From Piromyces finnis finn (Eukaryota; Fungi; Neocallimastigomycota): DNA of 64,000 bases. Shown here piece after piece: positions 35,398 through 57,444 of the stretch. The notes below the pieces were generated by a model. That model was not told where the DNA came from. It did not search any database and saw only the letters and a program-made list of their open reading frames with translations. The position numbers and the translations under genes were made by a program. Where the stretch lies: the NCBI GenBank assembly GCA_002104945.1, contig MCFH01000007.1:496001-560000 (forward strand), read 5' to 3'. How positions within the stretch are numbered: the first letter of the stretch is position 1; each line of letters opens with the position of its first letter.

Positions 35398-38300
35398 TTA
35401 AAATAATTTAATAATCTCTTCTGCAATAAGTTCATCTTCTAAATTCCATGATATTTTAACTAAATTTCTAGAGGGCGAAATTCTGACTTCTACTGAACGA
35501 ATGGTTAATATACTTTCATCATGATCTTCTCCATGACTGTTGGAGGAAGAGGAATTATTTTCATCTTCAGATATAGTATTATAAATATCTTCTATATCAT
35601 TATAAATAGTTCTATTATCCTCGTCTGCTGCTTTTTCTTTCCCTTTGTTTTTATTTGTTGTGATTTGCGGATTACCTGTATTTTCATTATTTTCTTTGGA
35701 TTTTTGTTTTTCTTGATTTTCATTGGTATGCATAGTATGTACATTTTGTTTCTTTGAACGTGTTAACATTTCTATTTCATGCAATGAAATACACGGCTCA
35801 ATATCATTTACAACTGATTTGGTATCATGATTATTTTTTGTTGACTCTTTTTCTTTATCCTTGATATCTTTTTCTTTTTCCTTAGGATTACGTTTACTAT
35901 AGGAAATGGAGGAAGAGGATGTTCCCACTTCAATATTTTCATTTGTCGAATAAACTAAACCTGTTGAACTTGTTAATAAATTAAGAGAACTTTCTCCTTC
36001 TATCCTTAAATTTATCTGTCTTTGGGGTGGAATGGATGAGGAATGCTCGGAATTCATTGGTATATTAAAGGAATCACGAAAAACAAACGATTTATTTTCA
36101 TGAAGTTTACGATAAATTCTTTTTTTCGTAATTAAATTATCTAAAATATAATACTTTAATTCAATTAAAATTCGATCTTCTAAATTGATTTGATCATACT
36201 TTTTTTCAGCTATTTCTTGTTCCTGTTCTAGTGTTTTAATTTCTTCTTCTTCATTAACTTCACCTTCTTCAATGGCCTCTTTTTTATTTTCTTCTTCCAT
36301 ATTATCTTTTTTATCCTTTTCATCGTTATCTTCCTCTTCACTTTCCTTATCTTTTTCTTCGCTTTCCGTGGAATCATAGTATTTTAATTCCTCTTCTAAA
36401 TGTTCTCTTCGAATGTCCGCTAAAAGGTTTAGGGTGGAGGAATCACACGATGCATTCTTACTATTTTCCTTATTAATTGATTTTAATTTATTTAAAAGTC
36501 TTTTCAAATCATAATTCTTCTTTCTAATACAAAATTTAACTTTTTTGTCAATGAAACCACGATCATTCGCAATGGTTTCTTCATTAACAATCTTAATATG
36601 ATTACGATCAAAATCTTGAAAAGATTGTCCTTGAACTTCATAGGTAATATCACTTTTATTTTCATTTAAATACCATGAACCTTCATTCCATCGACTTCTT
36701 TGGGTTAATGATGTTTCTCTATCGGGATTTGAGTCATTATTTAAATCCCAAAGCATCACCCCTCTAAACGGTAAATGTCGGATAGGTTTCATATATTTTA
36801 TCGGGACATTCGCAATAGGCTTAGAAAGAATATCCGTAATACTTTCGTTGCCTGTTCCATTTTTATTCTTTTCTCCCTGCGTAAAATGATTATTGAATTT
36901 TCGAACTTTTAATTTTAGATTTTCTTCTGATAATTTATCGCTCAACTCTCTTTTTCTCTTCTTTTCATTATCTATACTGCTATCGATGTCTTGTTTCGTT
37001 GGTTCCATTTTTATATTATTATTCTCGGTATTTTGAATCGACCATGAATTAGCATCAATATTTTCTTCTTTTATATAAAAATGAGACGGTGGCAGGTTTG
37101 ATTGCATTTCCTGTTTAATATTCATTGAACTTTCATTTTCCTTTTTAATTAAGATATTCTCGGATGAAGCAGAATTATTTGATTCATATTTTATGTTACT
37201 TATCGGGGTATCTATTTGCATGGCTTCTTGTTTAATAGAACTACTATTTGTATTGTCTTCTTCTTTTTTTACCCTGCTTCTTTGATCGTTTCTTGCGATA
37301 TTAGAATTTTCGTCGATAAGGGGTTCGTCAGAAGAAACACATGGTAAATCACCAATTTTGTCAATATCAATAGCATCTAAACTTTTCGCTGTAGACGTAT
37401 ATGCTAAGTAATCGTCCAGTGATTTTTTGATGACATCAACCGAAAGATCAACTTTGATATTTCTCTTTGTATTTATCGTTACTGTTTTACCGTTAGGAGG
37501 ATAATACACCGGAATTTTAATTTCATCCTCAATTTGACGAGCTAAATATTTCATTTTTTCTTTTTCACCATGAACAAATATAACATTTTTTGGTTCACAC
37601 ATACCAATCATTTGCATAATACCTTTAGCATCAGCATGAGCTGAAAAGGAAAGATTTTCAACTTTTAAATTGACATTAATTTTATTGAAGCGATCAATTT
37701 CAATAATTTTATCACCTGCTAAAACTTTATTACCAACTGTACCAGCAACACAATATCCAGGAAGAATAACCATATTTTTTGGATCTGGTGCCCATTTCTT
37801 AAATACATTTAATGATGTACCAGCATGTAACATACCTGGGGAAGCAAAAAGAACCATGGGTCCTGGATTGTCCGCATAATGAGAATCCCAAGGTTTAATG
37901 TGATTAAAATCAAACATATTTCTTTCAACAAAATTTTTTTTAATTTTTTCATTGGTCCAGTTAATAAAAACTTTATAAATATTATTTGCTTTTGAGGTCA
38001 TACCCGTTGAAAAGTAAATTGGTATTTTTAATCCCATTCTTTCCCAAAAACTTTCAATTAAAATACATAATTCTTGGGCACGACCTAAGGCAAATACTGG
38101 AATTAACACCTTACCTCCTTCTAATACACAGTTATGGACTTTTTTAAGAAAGGTTTGTTCTCTTGTACGTTTAGATTCACGAATAACAGTAGCATATGTG
38201 GTTTCAGTGATTAAAACATCTGGTTTGCATTTATCAATCCAAGCAGCACCTAAATGTCTATCAGGGGTCATATTATAATCACCAGTATATACAATGGAAT

Positions 38301-39110
38301 TACTACCAATAGTGATTTTAAAAAGACATGCCCCTAGAACGTGTCCAGCATAATATGCCTTGATTTCTAAATCATCACACACTTTTACCGATTCATGTAA
38401 ATTAATGATGGTTACCTTTTTCATACTATCTTTAATCATTTGAGCAGTAAAAAAATTAGAATCACCTCTTTTATCTACAGTAATTTTACGAAAATCTTCT
38501 AATAGTAAAGGGCAGATAGCTTTAGTTGGTGCAGTCATATAAATAGGACCATCATATCCTACCATTTCAGTAAAATAAGGTATTGCACCACAATGATCTA
38601 AATGAAAATGAGAAATTAAAAGACAATCAATCATTTCATTGATGTTATTGCCATTCTTTGTAATGTAGGAGAAATCTGGGAATCTTCTTTCATCGTTGTA
38701 ACCCATATCTTTAAAATTTTAAAAAATATCAACAATAATATTATTTTATACGAAAAAAATATATGAATTATTAAAAATAATTTTTTAAAAATAATAAAGA
38801 TTTTTTAAATACTATTTATTAAAATAGGAAATGAAATTTTAAATGAATTTCAAATTTTAATTTGAAATTCAATTTAATATATACTAAATTTTACTTTATA
38901 TTTTGTCTTTAGAATAGTATTTTTATGAAATCAAACAATACATTCTATTATTTTAATACTATTTTATAGCATATATGTATATATTCATACAAATTTAATT
39001 TTAAAAATATTGTCTAAATAAAAAAATTTTTTTATTTATGGAATTTCAAATTAGACTAATTTATAAAAAATTAATAAAAGTTCCAAATCAAATCAAATCA
39101 AATTAAAAAA

Positions 39111-39141
<31 letters not shown>

Positions 39142-39250
39142 ACTTACGCATTCCACAATCAAGCATAATATTTTTTCCACCAAAAGATATAAGAATGCAA
39201 CTTCTTCCTACATCTTGACCTGCACCTAATGGTACAATTTTTATTGACAT
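35398..39250 (-). CDS. INTS11: Integrator complex subunit 11 (CPSF3L; MBL/beta-CASP RNase) with long low-complexity C-terminal half; 2 exons (39250-39148, 38708-35398)
   Basis: [35 protein letters not shown]|[47 protein letters not shown] and SFSAHAD are diagnostic of INTS11 rather than CPSF73/Ysh1. Confidence 0.92.
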
Positions 39251-41410
39251 TTTTGATGACTTTTTGTGAATATTTTCTATGAAAAAAAAAAAAAATTTTT
39301 TTTATTGTTGCCTTTGAATGGTAAAGTTTATGCAGTTAAAAAAAAAATAAATCAGGTTTAATAAAATATATTTTTCTTTAATATGGATTTATAAAGTTAC
39401 GTTTATAATTTTGAAAATTAACAAAAATAAATAAGTAAAAAAGATTAATTTCTAGAAAAAATTTCAAATTAAATTGAAATTTCATACTTACAAATTTAAA
39501 AATAATTAATTACTTTTTTTTTTTTTAATTAATTGTATTACTTTATTGTATGATAACTCATTTATTATTAATAATATTATAAAATAATAATTTATATATT
39601 TTATGATTCAAAAGGTATATGGTATATACATAATAAAATCAAATTTGAAATTTGATTTCTATTTTATTGAAATTTCTTTTATAAAGGAAATAAAACTAAA
39701 AATAAATATAAATTTAGTTAATTTGATGGTTAATAAATTTTTAATTAATATTTATTTAATTATTAATAATTCTGGTATTGTCGCTTTTTTTTCTTCTTTT
39801 ATTTTTTAGGTAGAAATTTTAAAATTTATAGGTGGTTAAAGTTACTAAAAATTAATTAATAAAAAAAAAAAAAAAATAAAATTAAAATTAAAAGCTATTT
39901 TTTTTTTTTTTGAAAGAAAAATGATTGATATTGAAGGAATCGAATTTGAACTTTTTTTTAATATTTATCGGAATTGTTATACTAATGATTGATAAAAATG
40001 TACTAACAATTTTTTAATATTTCATAGTTAATATCGGTATATTTCGTTATGAGAAAAAAAAAGAATTTATATTAATTTATTATTATTTTTTTTTTAAAAA
40101 AAAAAAAAAAAGATGAAGGGTTGGTATTGAATTTATTTCTTTATATAGATAATAGATAAATAAACAATTAATTAATTTATACAACTTTTTATAAAGTTCA
40201 TACTTGCGTTAAAAAAAATATTGTATATATAGAATATAAAATGTAAAAACCACTCATTCAAATAAAATTAAAAGATGTTATTAGTTACATTATTCTTTTG
40301 AAAGTATTTAAATATACTATTTTTGATAACAATATTTAGCATTATATAAACGAAATAATTATTAAATAAATATTAAAACTATACTTTTGAGGAAAAATAA
40401 AACCATTAAAACACTCAAGAAAATGGTTTCTTTTTCCCTTTCCTTTAAAAATTTAAAATTTTCTTGTCCTTCAAAAAAATTTAATTCCAACTTCTATGTT
40501 ACACAAAAATAATTAATAAATTTATAAAGTTGTTCTTACATAAAATTTAAAAGTTGAAGTTTTTTTTTAAAAAAAAAAAAAAAAAGAAATAATATTGTAA
40601 AAGTTGTTTTCTTTTTTTTCCTTATTATTATTATTATTAAAAAATATTTACGTAGTAAAAGTATATATATATATATTTTTAAATCCTTTAATTCGTAGTT
40701 TCCATATTTTAAAAGATTACATATAAAAATTAAAAAAATTTTATTGATTTATTTTAATATATTATTTCTATTTATACAATATATTTCAATATATATAAAT
40801 ATTATATAAGGACAATACTATTTAATCTACAAAAAATTTTTAAAAACTCACCTTTTTAAAAAAAAAATTTATTTTATAATTTCAACGATAAAAAAAAAAG
40901 AGAGAGAGAAAATTGGGAAATTCGTATAGTAAATAGTTAAATTTATTGTTCTCTAGAATCATTAAAATATTTTTAATATATATATATACCAAATTTATAT
41001 TATTATTTATTTAAATTCATATTTTAATGTAAGTTCAAAATAAATACAAATAATTGATAATTAAAAAAAAAATTCTTATTTTATAATACATAAAATAGTA
41101 TAAAGTTTTTTCTAAACATTAAATTATATTAATAGGAAATAATATAATATATAACATTGTAATTTAATATTAATATTTAATGCAATTAAATTGAATTTCA
41201 TTTGTTATATATTTGGATTATTAAAATATTGATTACCCTTTTTTTATATTATATTATAGTTATATATATATATATTTTTCTTTGTTTTAAAAACTTATCA
41301 AGATTTAAATTAATATTTTTATATCAAATATATTATAATATTATATATATTATTTACAAAAATTTATTATTAATTTTTACTCAAAAAACTGCTAAAAAAA
41401 GAAAATAAAA

Positions 41411-42347
41411 ATGTCAATTCCAAAACCACGTAGTATGCCAGTAGGCTTTAGAAATATTCTTCGTCCAAACGATTCAACTTCATTATGGAATTGTACTTTA
41501 TCTCCAGGTTGGACTCAAGAAGAATCAGATATTTTAAGAGATGCTCTAATATTTTATGGTATTGGTAATTGGAAGGATATTATTGAACATGGTTGCTTGC
41601 CTGACAAAACTAATGCTCAAATGAATTTACAATTACAAAGAATGCTAGGTCAGCAAAGTACAGCAGGTAAATTTTTGAATATATATATATATATATTTTC
41701 CACAAATACAATTATTTTTATAAAATAATAATAGTAATAACAATAAACACAAAAATTATAATAATAATAAGGACGGTAATAATAAAACATCTAATAATGT
41801 AAAATTAATACGTTTATTTTTTTAAATTTTAATATGTATAAAAAAGAATTTCAAAATCTTCATATTGATCCATATGAAATTGGTAAAATTAATTCTCAAA
41901 AACAAGGACCAAATATTAGAAGAAAAAACGGATTTATTATTAATACAGGAGGTAATTTCTCAAAATTAGAATTTTATTATATATATATGCATAAGAAAAA
42001 ATAAATTATTTTAACTATATAAATCAATTATTTATATTCCAATAAAATATAATATAGGTAAATTATCAAGGGAAGATATTAAGAGAAAGATACAAGAAAA
42101 TAAAGAAAAGTATGTTGTTGTTGTTGTTGTTGTTTATCTATAATTTTGAATTATGTAATTAAATTGAAAATCTTAATAATTATATTGTATATATAAAAAT
42201 AGCTATGAATTACCAGAAGAAGTTTGGAGTAAAATAGTATTACCAAACAGAGAAGTTGTAAGTATATTATACATTGTATTAAAGTATTATTAATTATTTA
42301 ATTATATTGATTGATTAATATATATTTATTGTTAATAATTGTATTTA

Positions 42348-42380
<33 letters not shown>

Positions 42381-43150
42381 TAATAAAAAATAAAGTTCAA
42401 GAAGGTATTATAAAACATTTTTTTTTTATATTTTACTATTATTGTTATTATTTTAATTGGGATAAAGTAAAGATATTAATTAACTAATAAAAAAAATAAC
42501 TTTAACAAATTTTTTTTTTTAAAAAAATAAAAAGCGATTAATGAAAAAAGACAAAAATTAAATAAACTAGAGGAAGAATTAGATTCTGTTTTAAAACAAA
42601 TTGTTAATAGAAGAAGAGAACTTCGTGGTATGACACCATTAAAAGAAACCGAAATGAAATCTATTGTAAATAGAAGTAATCAAAATGATACCAAGACTGA
42701 AGAAAAAGAAATTAAAGAAGAAGAATCAACTACTGTAAATGAAGAGAAGGTAAACAAAAACTATAATAATAAAAAAGATTTATTTGTTTTATTATTCATT
42801 TTTTTTTATTATTAATTTCTCTTTTTTTTTTACTTTTTTTTTTATTGTTGTTAAATAACTATTGGGATAATAAATTGTAAATTAATTTACATGAATGAAC
42901 AAATAAACATTAAAAATAGATTGAAAATACAGAAACTTCAAGTATATCTATTATTTCAACAAATGAAAATGAACAATCAGAAAATATAAGCAGTAGTAGT
43001 CCTATAGTAAAAAGTGAACAAAAGAAAAAGAGAGTAGTTAGTAGAAGAAAAAATAAAAGACGTGTAAATAGTGATGACGAAGACTTTTTACCTCCAGGAA
43101 AAAGTCGTTCAAAAAGAACTCGTAGAACTCCAAAAAAATCAAGTAACTAA
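41411..43150 (+). CDS. p1-like (Myb/HTH) subunit of the MTA1c/AMT1 DNA N6-adenine methyltransferase complex (multi-exon, includes a 25-nt microexon at 42380-42404)
   Basis: SPGWTQEESDILRDALIFYGIGNWKDIIEHGCLPDKTNAQMNLQLQRMLGQQSTAEFQNLHID...RRKNGFIINTGGKLSREDIKRKIQENKE resembles the ciliate p1 signature as I recall it. Basic C-terminus. Confidence 0.78.
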
Positions 43151-43435
43151 ACTAACTAATCTCTAAGGAACTTTTTTTTTTATTAAAAAAAAAAAGTTAT
43201 CATAATATTTATCATCATCATCGTAATACTTAAGTACATTTTTCTTATAAAATATTTATTTTTATACTATTTATAGAGTAATTCTTTCATTCATTATCAT
43301 AGTATGTTAATTAAGAAAAGCGGTATAAATTGAATAAAATTAAATAAAGTATTTATTAAATCAATAATTTATTTATTTATTATTATTTATTATCATTTAT
43401 ATATATATATATATATATATAAAATGTTTAAGGTT

Positions 43436-43474
<39 letters not shown>

Positions 43475-43658
43475 TGAAATTTATCTATTTTTCTATAGTA
43501 TTTTATTATATTTTTTTATACTTTATGGTTTTCTTTTTTTTTTTTTTTTTTTAAATATATTACATTAAAAATGGTATAAAATAAAATAAAAAAAAATTTT
43601 TTTTTTTATTTTTTATTTTCAATCTATTTATATTATCATTATAATCATTAATACTAAT

Positions 43659-45490
<1,832 letters not shown>

Positions 45491-46188
45491 CTTCGATATT
45501 TATTATTATAAATTAATACTTGTTGGTATTTTTCTTTTTTGGTATATGATTTACTTCAATAAGTAAAAAAAAAAAAAAAAAAAAAGACAATTTAAGCTAC
45601 AGAGAAAATTTTAATTTTAAATTTAATAAAAATTTGATTTTAATTATTCTATCTTTATTTCTTTTTTCTTTTCTTTTTTTTATGACAACTACAAATTATA
45701 TGGGTTATTGTCGTTTTTATTATTATTACATATATATAATTTATTTTTTTTTATATAATTATATTTTCTTTTTTTTTTTTTTTTTTCTATTTAAATTTCT
45801 TTCTTTTATTTTTTAAATTAAACTAATTTTTCAAAAGTTTCTTTAAGAAAAAAAACAAATTTTATAAATGTTTAAAAAATAAAAATCTTTAATATAATTA
45901 ACGCGCCACTTTTTATTTATCATTATTTAATTTAGTTTAACTTTATTTATATTATTTATTTTATAAGCGCCATAATTCATTAATATACAAAATTTAGTTG
46001 ATTTTTTTTTTTATGGAGATGTCTTAAATAATAATGAGAAAGATAACTTTAAAAAAAAAGAAATAAATAAAAAGATTTTAAAAACTTAATAGAATATTAA
46101 GGTAAATAATAAATTAAATATTATCTAATGTATATAAGGTATAATTATATATATATATATATATTTTTTTTTTTTTGCAACATGAACT

Positions 46189-50918
<4,730 letters not shown>

Positions 50919-51928
50919 TTGTCAACTTTCCAGTTAATATTAAAATTATAAAAAAAAAAAAAAAAACTTCGAATTCTTTTAGGATATAAACACTTTTGTA
51001 GTATAATAAATGAATAAAATATGATAATAATTTTACAATAGTTTTAAATAATATATTTTTATATATTCTTTAATAAAACAGTTTTTGATTTATAAAAAAA
51101 AAAAAATTTAATATAAATTAAAATTAACAATATAATTTATTTTTTACTGCTATTAATAAAAATTGTTTTTGTTTTTTTTAAAAGAATAATAATAATAATA
51201 AAATGTTTTTTAAATATAAAAATAAATAAATATATAAAGTATTAAATGTATTACAATAAAAAAATATATAAAAGAAAAATGTTAATAATAATAAAATAGT
51301 ATATGATGTAAAATTTTTTTAACAATAAATATTAAATATTAAACTCCGATATAATTTTATATTTTTAAAATCAAATTCACCATCTCTATAATAAAGGAAT
51401 AATTTATATTTGTATAAGAAAAAAGTAAACAAAGATTTCTAAATTAGACAAGAATTATTAATAGCTATATTATCTAAAAATTATCATTAAAACTGAAGTA
51501 TAATCCTTTTATATTAGGATAAAGTAAAAGAAAACTTTTCATAGTTCTATACCTTTGGATTTTAAATTTCTTTTTTATAACATATGTGTAACATAAAAAT
51601 GTACTTTTTAAATTAATTTTTAATTTTATCATATGTATATCATATGTATTTATGCATATTTGAAATTAAAATTAATGAATGTATATGTATATCAAATTAA
51701 ATAAATTGTATCATTTCTATTAATATAAATAAGTGAATAAAAAAATAGATTATTAAATAAACTATTCTTCAATGTTTGGATAGTTCACAAAAAAAAAAAA
51801 AGAATAAAAAAGAAAATTTTAATATATAAAAAAGTTTATTTTTAAAAAAAAATAAAAGTCTTTTCTTAGTTATTATTTTATTGAATAATTATCAAAAAAT
51901 TATAAATAATATATAATAAAACATCAAC

Positions 51929-53148
51929 ATGGAATATCATATTAGTACTGAAGCTTATTTAAAGATTTATGCTCATTGTATTAAATATCCAGTTAATCAA
52001 GTTACTGGTGTATTAGTTGGTAAATTAACTGAAGGTAATCCTTCCAAAGTCAATGTTATTAATGCTATTCCAATTACACATGAATCAATTTTATTATCCC
52101 ACAATCTTGAAATTGCTTTGAAACAAGTAATAAAACATAATATAATCTTGAATTTCTTATGAAGTATAATACATTATAACAATAATAATAAAAGTATAAT
52201 AAAATCAAATATTATCAATTCAAAACTAATATCATTTATTTTTATTTATTTATTTATTTATTTATTTTATTATATAACTACGAACCTATATATTTTAAAT
52301 ATTTATACATTAAATTTAATTTCATATTGACTTTTAATATTTCAAAATAATTGTATAATAAAATCTTTCATTAAATCTATTTATTTAATTGAAAAAAAAA
52401 AAGATTGAAATTTACTGCAAGAATAATACTTTACAAATTGTTGGTTGTTACCATGCCAATGAATTAGTTGACGATGCTGGAATTCCAGAAATTGTTAATT
52501 TACTTGCTAGAAATATTGATACTAATATCAATGAAAATGGTTTATTATTAATGGTATTATTTGTTGTATACTAATTACATAATAAATGATAATGATAATA
52601 ACAGACAAATAATAAAATAATAATTTGAAATTTTAGATTGATAACAATAAGTTAATTGCCAATGAAGAACAACATATATTCAAAGTAAGAATTGGAAAAA
52701 AAGAATATACATATATATATAATATTACAAAAAAAAAAAAAAAAAAAAAAGGTTTATCTAATTGAACAAATATCTTTTTTTTAACTACTAAAAGCCATAT
52801 GTTAATCGTAAGGGTTGGAAGATTTTACAAACAATGTAAGAAATAAAACATAAATTTTTTAATATAAATACCAAAATATTAATGTATATATATATATATT
52901 TTATTGTTATAATGTTCTATATTTATTATTAATAACATTATCTGGAATATTTATATATTCAATACAATAATATTTTCATGGAAATATTTTTCAAAAGAAC
53001 TAATTATGTATTTATTGTTGAAGAAGAAGCTATTAAAAAATCCAAGGAAATTGCAAAGAATGGTTTATATAATGAAGTAGTTGATTTTGATAGTCATTTA
53101 GAAGATGTATCACTCGATTGGTTAAACAATTCCAAGATTGTAGCATAA
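51929..53148 (+). CDS. EMC8: ER membrane protein complex subunit 8/9 (UPF0172, MPN-like), multi-exon
   Basis: AYLKIYAHCIKYPVNQVTGVLVG, NAIPITH, LEIALKQIE, IVGCYHANE and VVDFDSHLEDVSLDWLNN. Confidence 0.88.
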
Positions 53149-54096
53149 AAAACACCATTAATTGTATTATTCAAATAGAAAAAAATAAATATAATAATAA
53201 TATTTTTGTTGTATTGCTTATATGCAAATTTGTCAAAATATATTTTTTTTTTACAAGCAAAGACATGATATTCATTAAAATAAAAAGTTCATTTATCTTT
53301 AATAAAGTACAGGATGAAGCAAACAGCTTTTTAAAATAGAAAAAAAAAAAAAAATCAATACATATACAAAACAAATTTATATCATAAATATATAACAAAA
53401 CAAAATAAAATTAAAAAAAAAATTAAAATTAAAACAATTTGAGAGCAAATGAAATAATAATAATAAAATATATTTTTATTTTGATATTATCATTACTAGA
53501 AAATATTATATTAATCAAGATTACTTTTAAAGCTTATATACAAAATAATAAAATATATAAAATAAAACTAAAAATAAAATAAAATAAAAAAAAATTAAAA
53601 AAAAAAAAAAATAAAAATAAAAAAAAATAACCTCTATTAATTAAAAGTTTCATGGCATAAAAATCTTTTACAATTGTAAAGTGTTTTTATTTTTAATTAT
53701 TTTTGCTTTTCTTTTTTTATTTATTTATTTATTGTTTTTTGTTTTTTATTTTAATAAATACTAAAACTTATTGATATCTATTAATGATCTATAATAAAAG
53801 AAAAAGAAAAAGAAAAAAAAAAAAAAAAAAAAAAAAATATATATAAAGGCTATAATTATATCAATAACTTGATTTGAAAAATTATTTATATATACAAAAA
53901 AATATATATGGTTGTAAAGATTTTTTTTTTTTTTTTTTTTTTTTCTAAGATCTTTTAATGATTTTTTAAATTTCTTTAATTAGCATTACTGAATATTATA
54001 TATATAATAAGGAATAAATATTTTCAATAGTAAAATTAAAACGAAAAAAAAAAAGTTCACTAATTTTAATATAATAAAATGTATTTTTTTTTTTTT

Positions 54097-56520
54097 TTAA
54101 GCTTTTTCTTTTTGTTCTTGAATTTGATGATTTGGTGTCCATGGACCTAAAGAATTCTTTGCCCAATAATCCATTGGATATGAAGATTGCCATTGTACAG
54201 CATCTAAGGTAACAGCAGCTTCATATGTATTTAAAAGTGGTTTTGAGAAAGAATAACCCCAATCAATGGATAATCTTGGACAAGCTAATTGAATCCAACT
54301 ATTTTTAATATTATTTAAATAATTTAATATTAGTTAGAATTATTATTAATATAGATTTTACTAATTAAAAAAGACATCTTAACTAAATATATATAAATAA
54401 ATAAATTTTTTCTATTAATTAATTATCGCCACTTACGCATCAACATCACTAAATTGTTCAAGTTTACTTGGGAAAATTTCAGATAACAAAATAATAACAT
54501 AATCTTTATTATTTTTCTTTAATAAATTTTCTATATACTATTAGTGTAGACGTATTAAATATATATAAATATATAAAAAGAATACATTAATAAAATAAAT
54601 ATAAATATATAAAATATTATTTATTATTTTACAGATAACTTACATCAAGAACCTTTAAACTTCCTTGTCTACCTAAAGTACCCAAAATAACACCAAATTT
54701 ATTAGCTTTTTTTGCTTTTGCAATAGCTTCCTTTCTCATTTCATACATATCTTCGTGGTCATATTCTTCATATGTCATTTGTTTAGCATATGGATCATAA
54801 CGATAGGCTTTAATTTCTGGATTTGAAATCATAATAGATTCTAAATGGAATCTACCATCACCTAAACAACTATATTTTTTTTATGACAATGTGTATTTAT
54901 ATATATATTTATATATTATTATAAAAAAAATAGAATAAATAAAAAAAAAAAAAGGAAGTTTTGTTAATTTTTCAAATAATAGAAAACAGGTGAATATTAT
55001 ATATGAATACATATATCAAATTAAATAATTGTATAATTAAATAATTACATAATAGAATCATAATCACCAACAGGTGAAGAGGTACAACCTAAAATTTCAC
55101 CTGGAGAAAGTGGTCTTGTTTGAGGAATAACAATATTATAATCTTGTTGTAATAATTTTTTACTTGCTTGTAAAGCAGTAACAAATTGAATTGTACCAAC
55201 AAAAGCAATACGAGATTGTGGTTCAAAATTATGTTTAATAGTATCAACGAAATGTTGAACATCAATTTGAATATCAACAAATACATAAATAGTTTTGATA
55301 GTAGTGACAGTAATTGGTACTTTATTAATTTTTAAGAATAGTATATTTTTAAATTATATAATTATATATTTTTTTTAAAAAAAAAAAAAATAAAAATAAG
55401 ATAATAATAAAAAATTAATTTACTTGTTTAAAAAAAACTTTATTGCTTTTATACATATAATTTTTAATGAATTTAATCATACCTAAACAACTGTGGGCAT
55501 AATGAATTAAGAAATCACAACCTAAAGCCTTAGCAGTTAAATCATCAACACAACAAGCACCATAGGTTACATCTCCCATAATAACAGTTTCGACATTTGT
55601 AAATCTTTTAATTTCAAAAAAAAAATTAAATTTAGTATTATGGAATTTTATACATTTTACATTACATGAATTGAAATGAATGAATTTCTAATTTTATTTA
55701 TTTGTAAATTTAATTACAATACCTTTCGAGAATATCAGAAATAGTACAAGCAAACATTTGAAGACCTTCTGGAAATTGAAGAGCAACTATATATATTATT
55801 TGTTTTTATTTGTTTATTTTTTTTTTTTTTTTTTTTTTTTTTTGGTTTTTGTTATAATAATTTAATTAATTTGAAATAAAAAAAAAACATATACATTTTA
55901 AATTTATATGAAATTTTAATAACATATTTTTTAAATTATTAATAAATAAAGCAATAATAAATAATTTAATAAATAAATTAAAAAAAAATAAATAGAGAGC
56001 TAACCTTTTTTTGCTTCAAAACGTTTAATTTGCCATACACATTTATGAATTTCGAAATTATAATTGGAAGGAAGCTATTATTATTAAATATTATATAATT
56101 ATTTATATTAAAAATAATAATGAATTATTTATAAAGGTTTGATAAGAGGAATTTCAAATCATTAATGTGACAATATTTAATTTACAAATTTAAATGTAAA
56201 CTGTTATATTAAAGTAGTTTAAATGGTTTTTTTTTTCTCATGGTACTATGTACTATCACTATTATTTAATAATATTAATAAATATATTATGTATGTACTT
56301 GTTGAATAGCCTTATTTAATAAAGGATTATTGGTGATTTCTTCTGGAATTTGATTAAGAATTCTATTCTTTAATTTAGATTTTGCAACAGTAACAACTGT
56401 AGTATCAGCTTTTGAGGAAGAATTATTGACTTTTCTACCAACAAATCTTTTAACTGTTTTTTTTTTTTGTTTAACTTCAGCGTTATCGGTGGTTGGTTTA
56501 TTTTCGACAGAAGAATCCAT
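54097..56520 (-). CDS. DPH1: Diphthamide biosynthesis protein 1, multi-exon
   Basis: [82 protein letters not shown] and [13 protein letters not shown]. Confidence 0.96.
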
Positions 56521-56958
56521 TTTTATTTATTATACCTATTAAAAATAACTTATTTTTCCAAAAAAATTTTTATTTTCCTATATATCTATATATATCTATT
56601 TTTATTTTATCTCGCGTCGTAAATACTTTATTAATAACAGCAATTATGTAATTAATAAAATATCAATGATATATATTTATGTTATATCAAATTCTTTTTT
56701 ATTATAAATAATAAAATAATTATAAAATTTTCTAAGATATTTTTGAACTTTTGATTGGCTAAAAAGATGATTATTTTTTAAATTTTAAATCTATTTTTTT
56801 ATAATAAATTTTATTTTTATTAAATTAAATATTTTATTAGTTTTTGGTATTTGAAATTTGTGTAACAAATATTTTTACTATAGTAAAAAGGATTTCAAAT
56901 CGACCTTTTTTCATTTTTTAAAATATACTTATACTATTTTTATAATATCTAGTCTATA

Positions 56959-57115
<157 letters not shown>

Positions 57116-57407
57116 TTTATTATCATCTTTATTATCATCTTTTTTAATAAACAAAAAATACTATAACAAGGTTATAAATATTTTCTTTTTTTTTTTTTAT
57201 TTTTGGACTTGAAAAGTGTATAAAGTTTCAACTTTTGGTTCATTATTTTTTTTTTAAAAAAGATATACATAAAAATTAAATGTAGGGAAAAAAAGAGATT
57301 ATAAGAAACTTAAACCTTATTTCATTATAGATAATAAAAATAGCACTTTCTATATTTTTATTTATATTTCCTTTTCTTTTCTTTCTTTCTTTTTTTTTAA
57401 ATATCGA

Positions 57408-57444
<37 letters not shown>

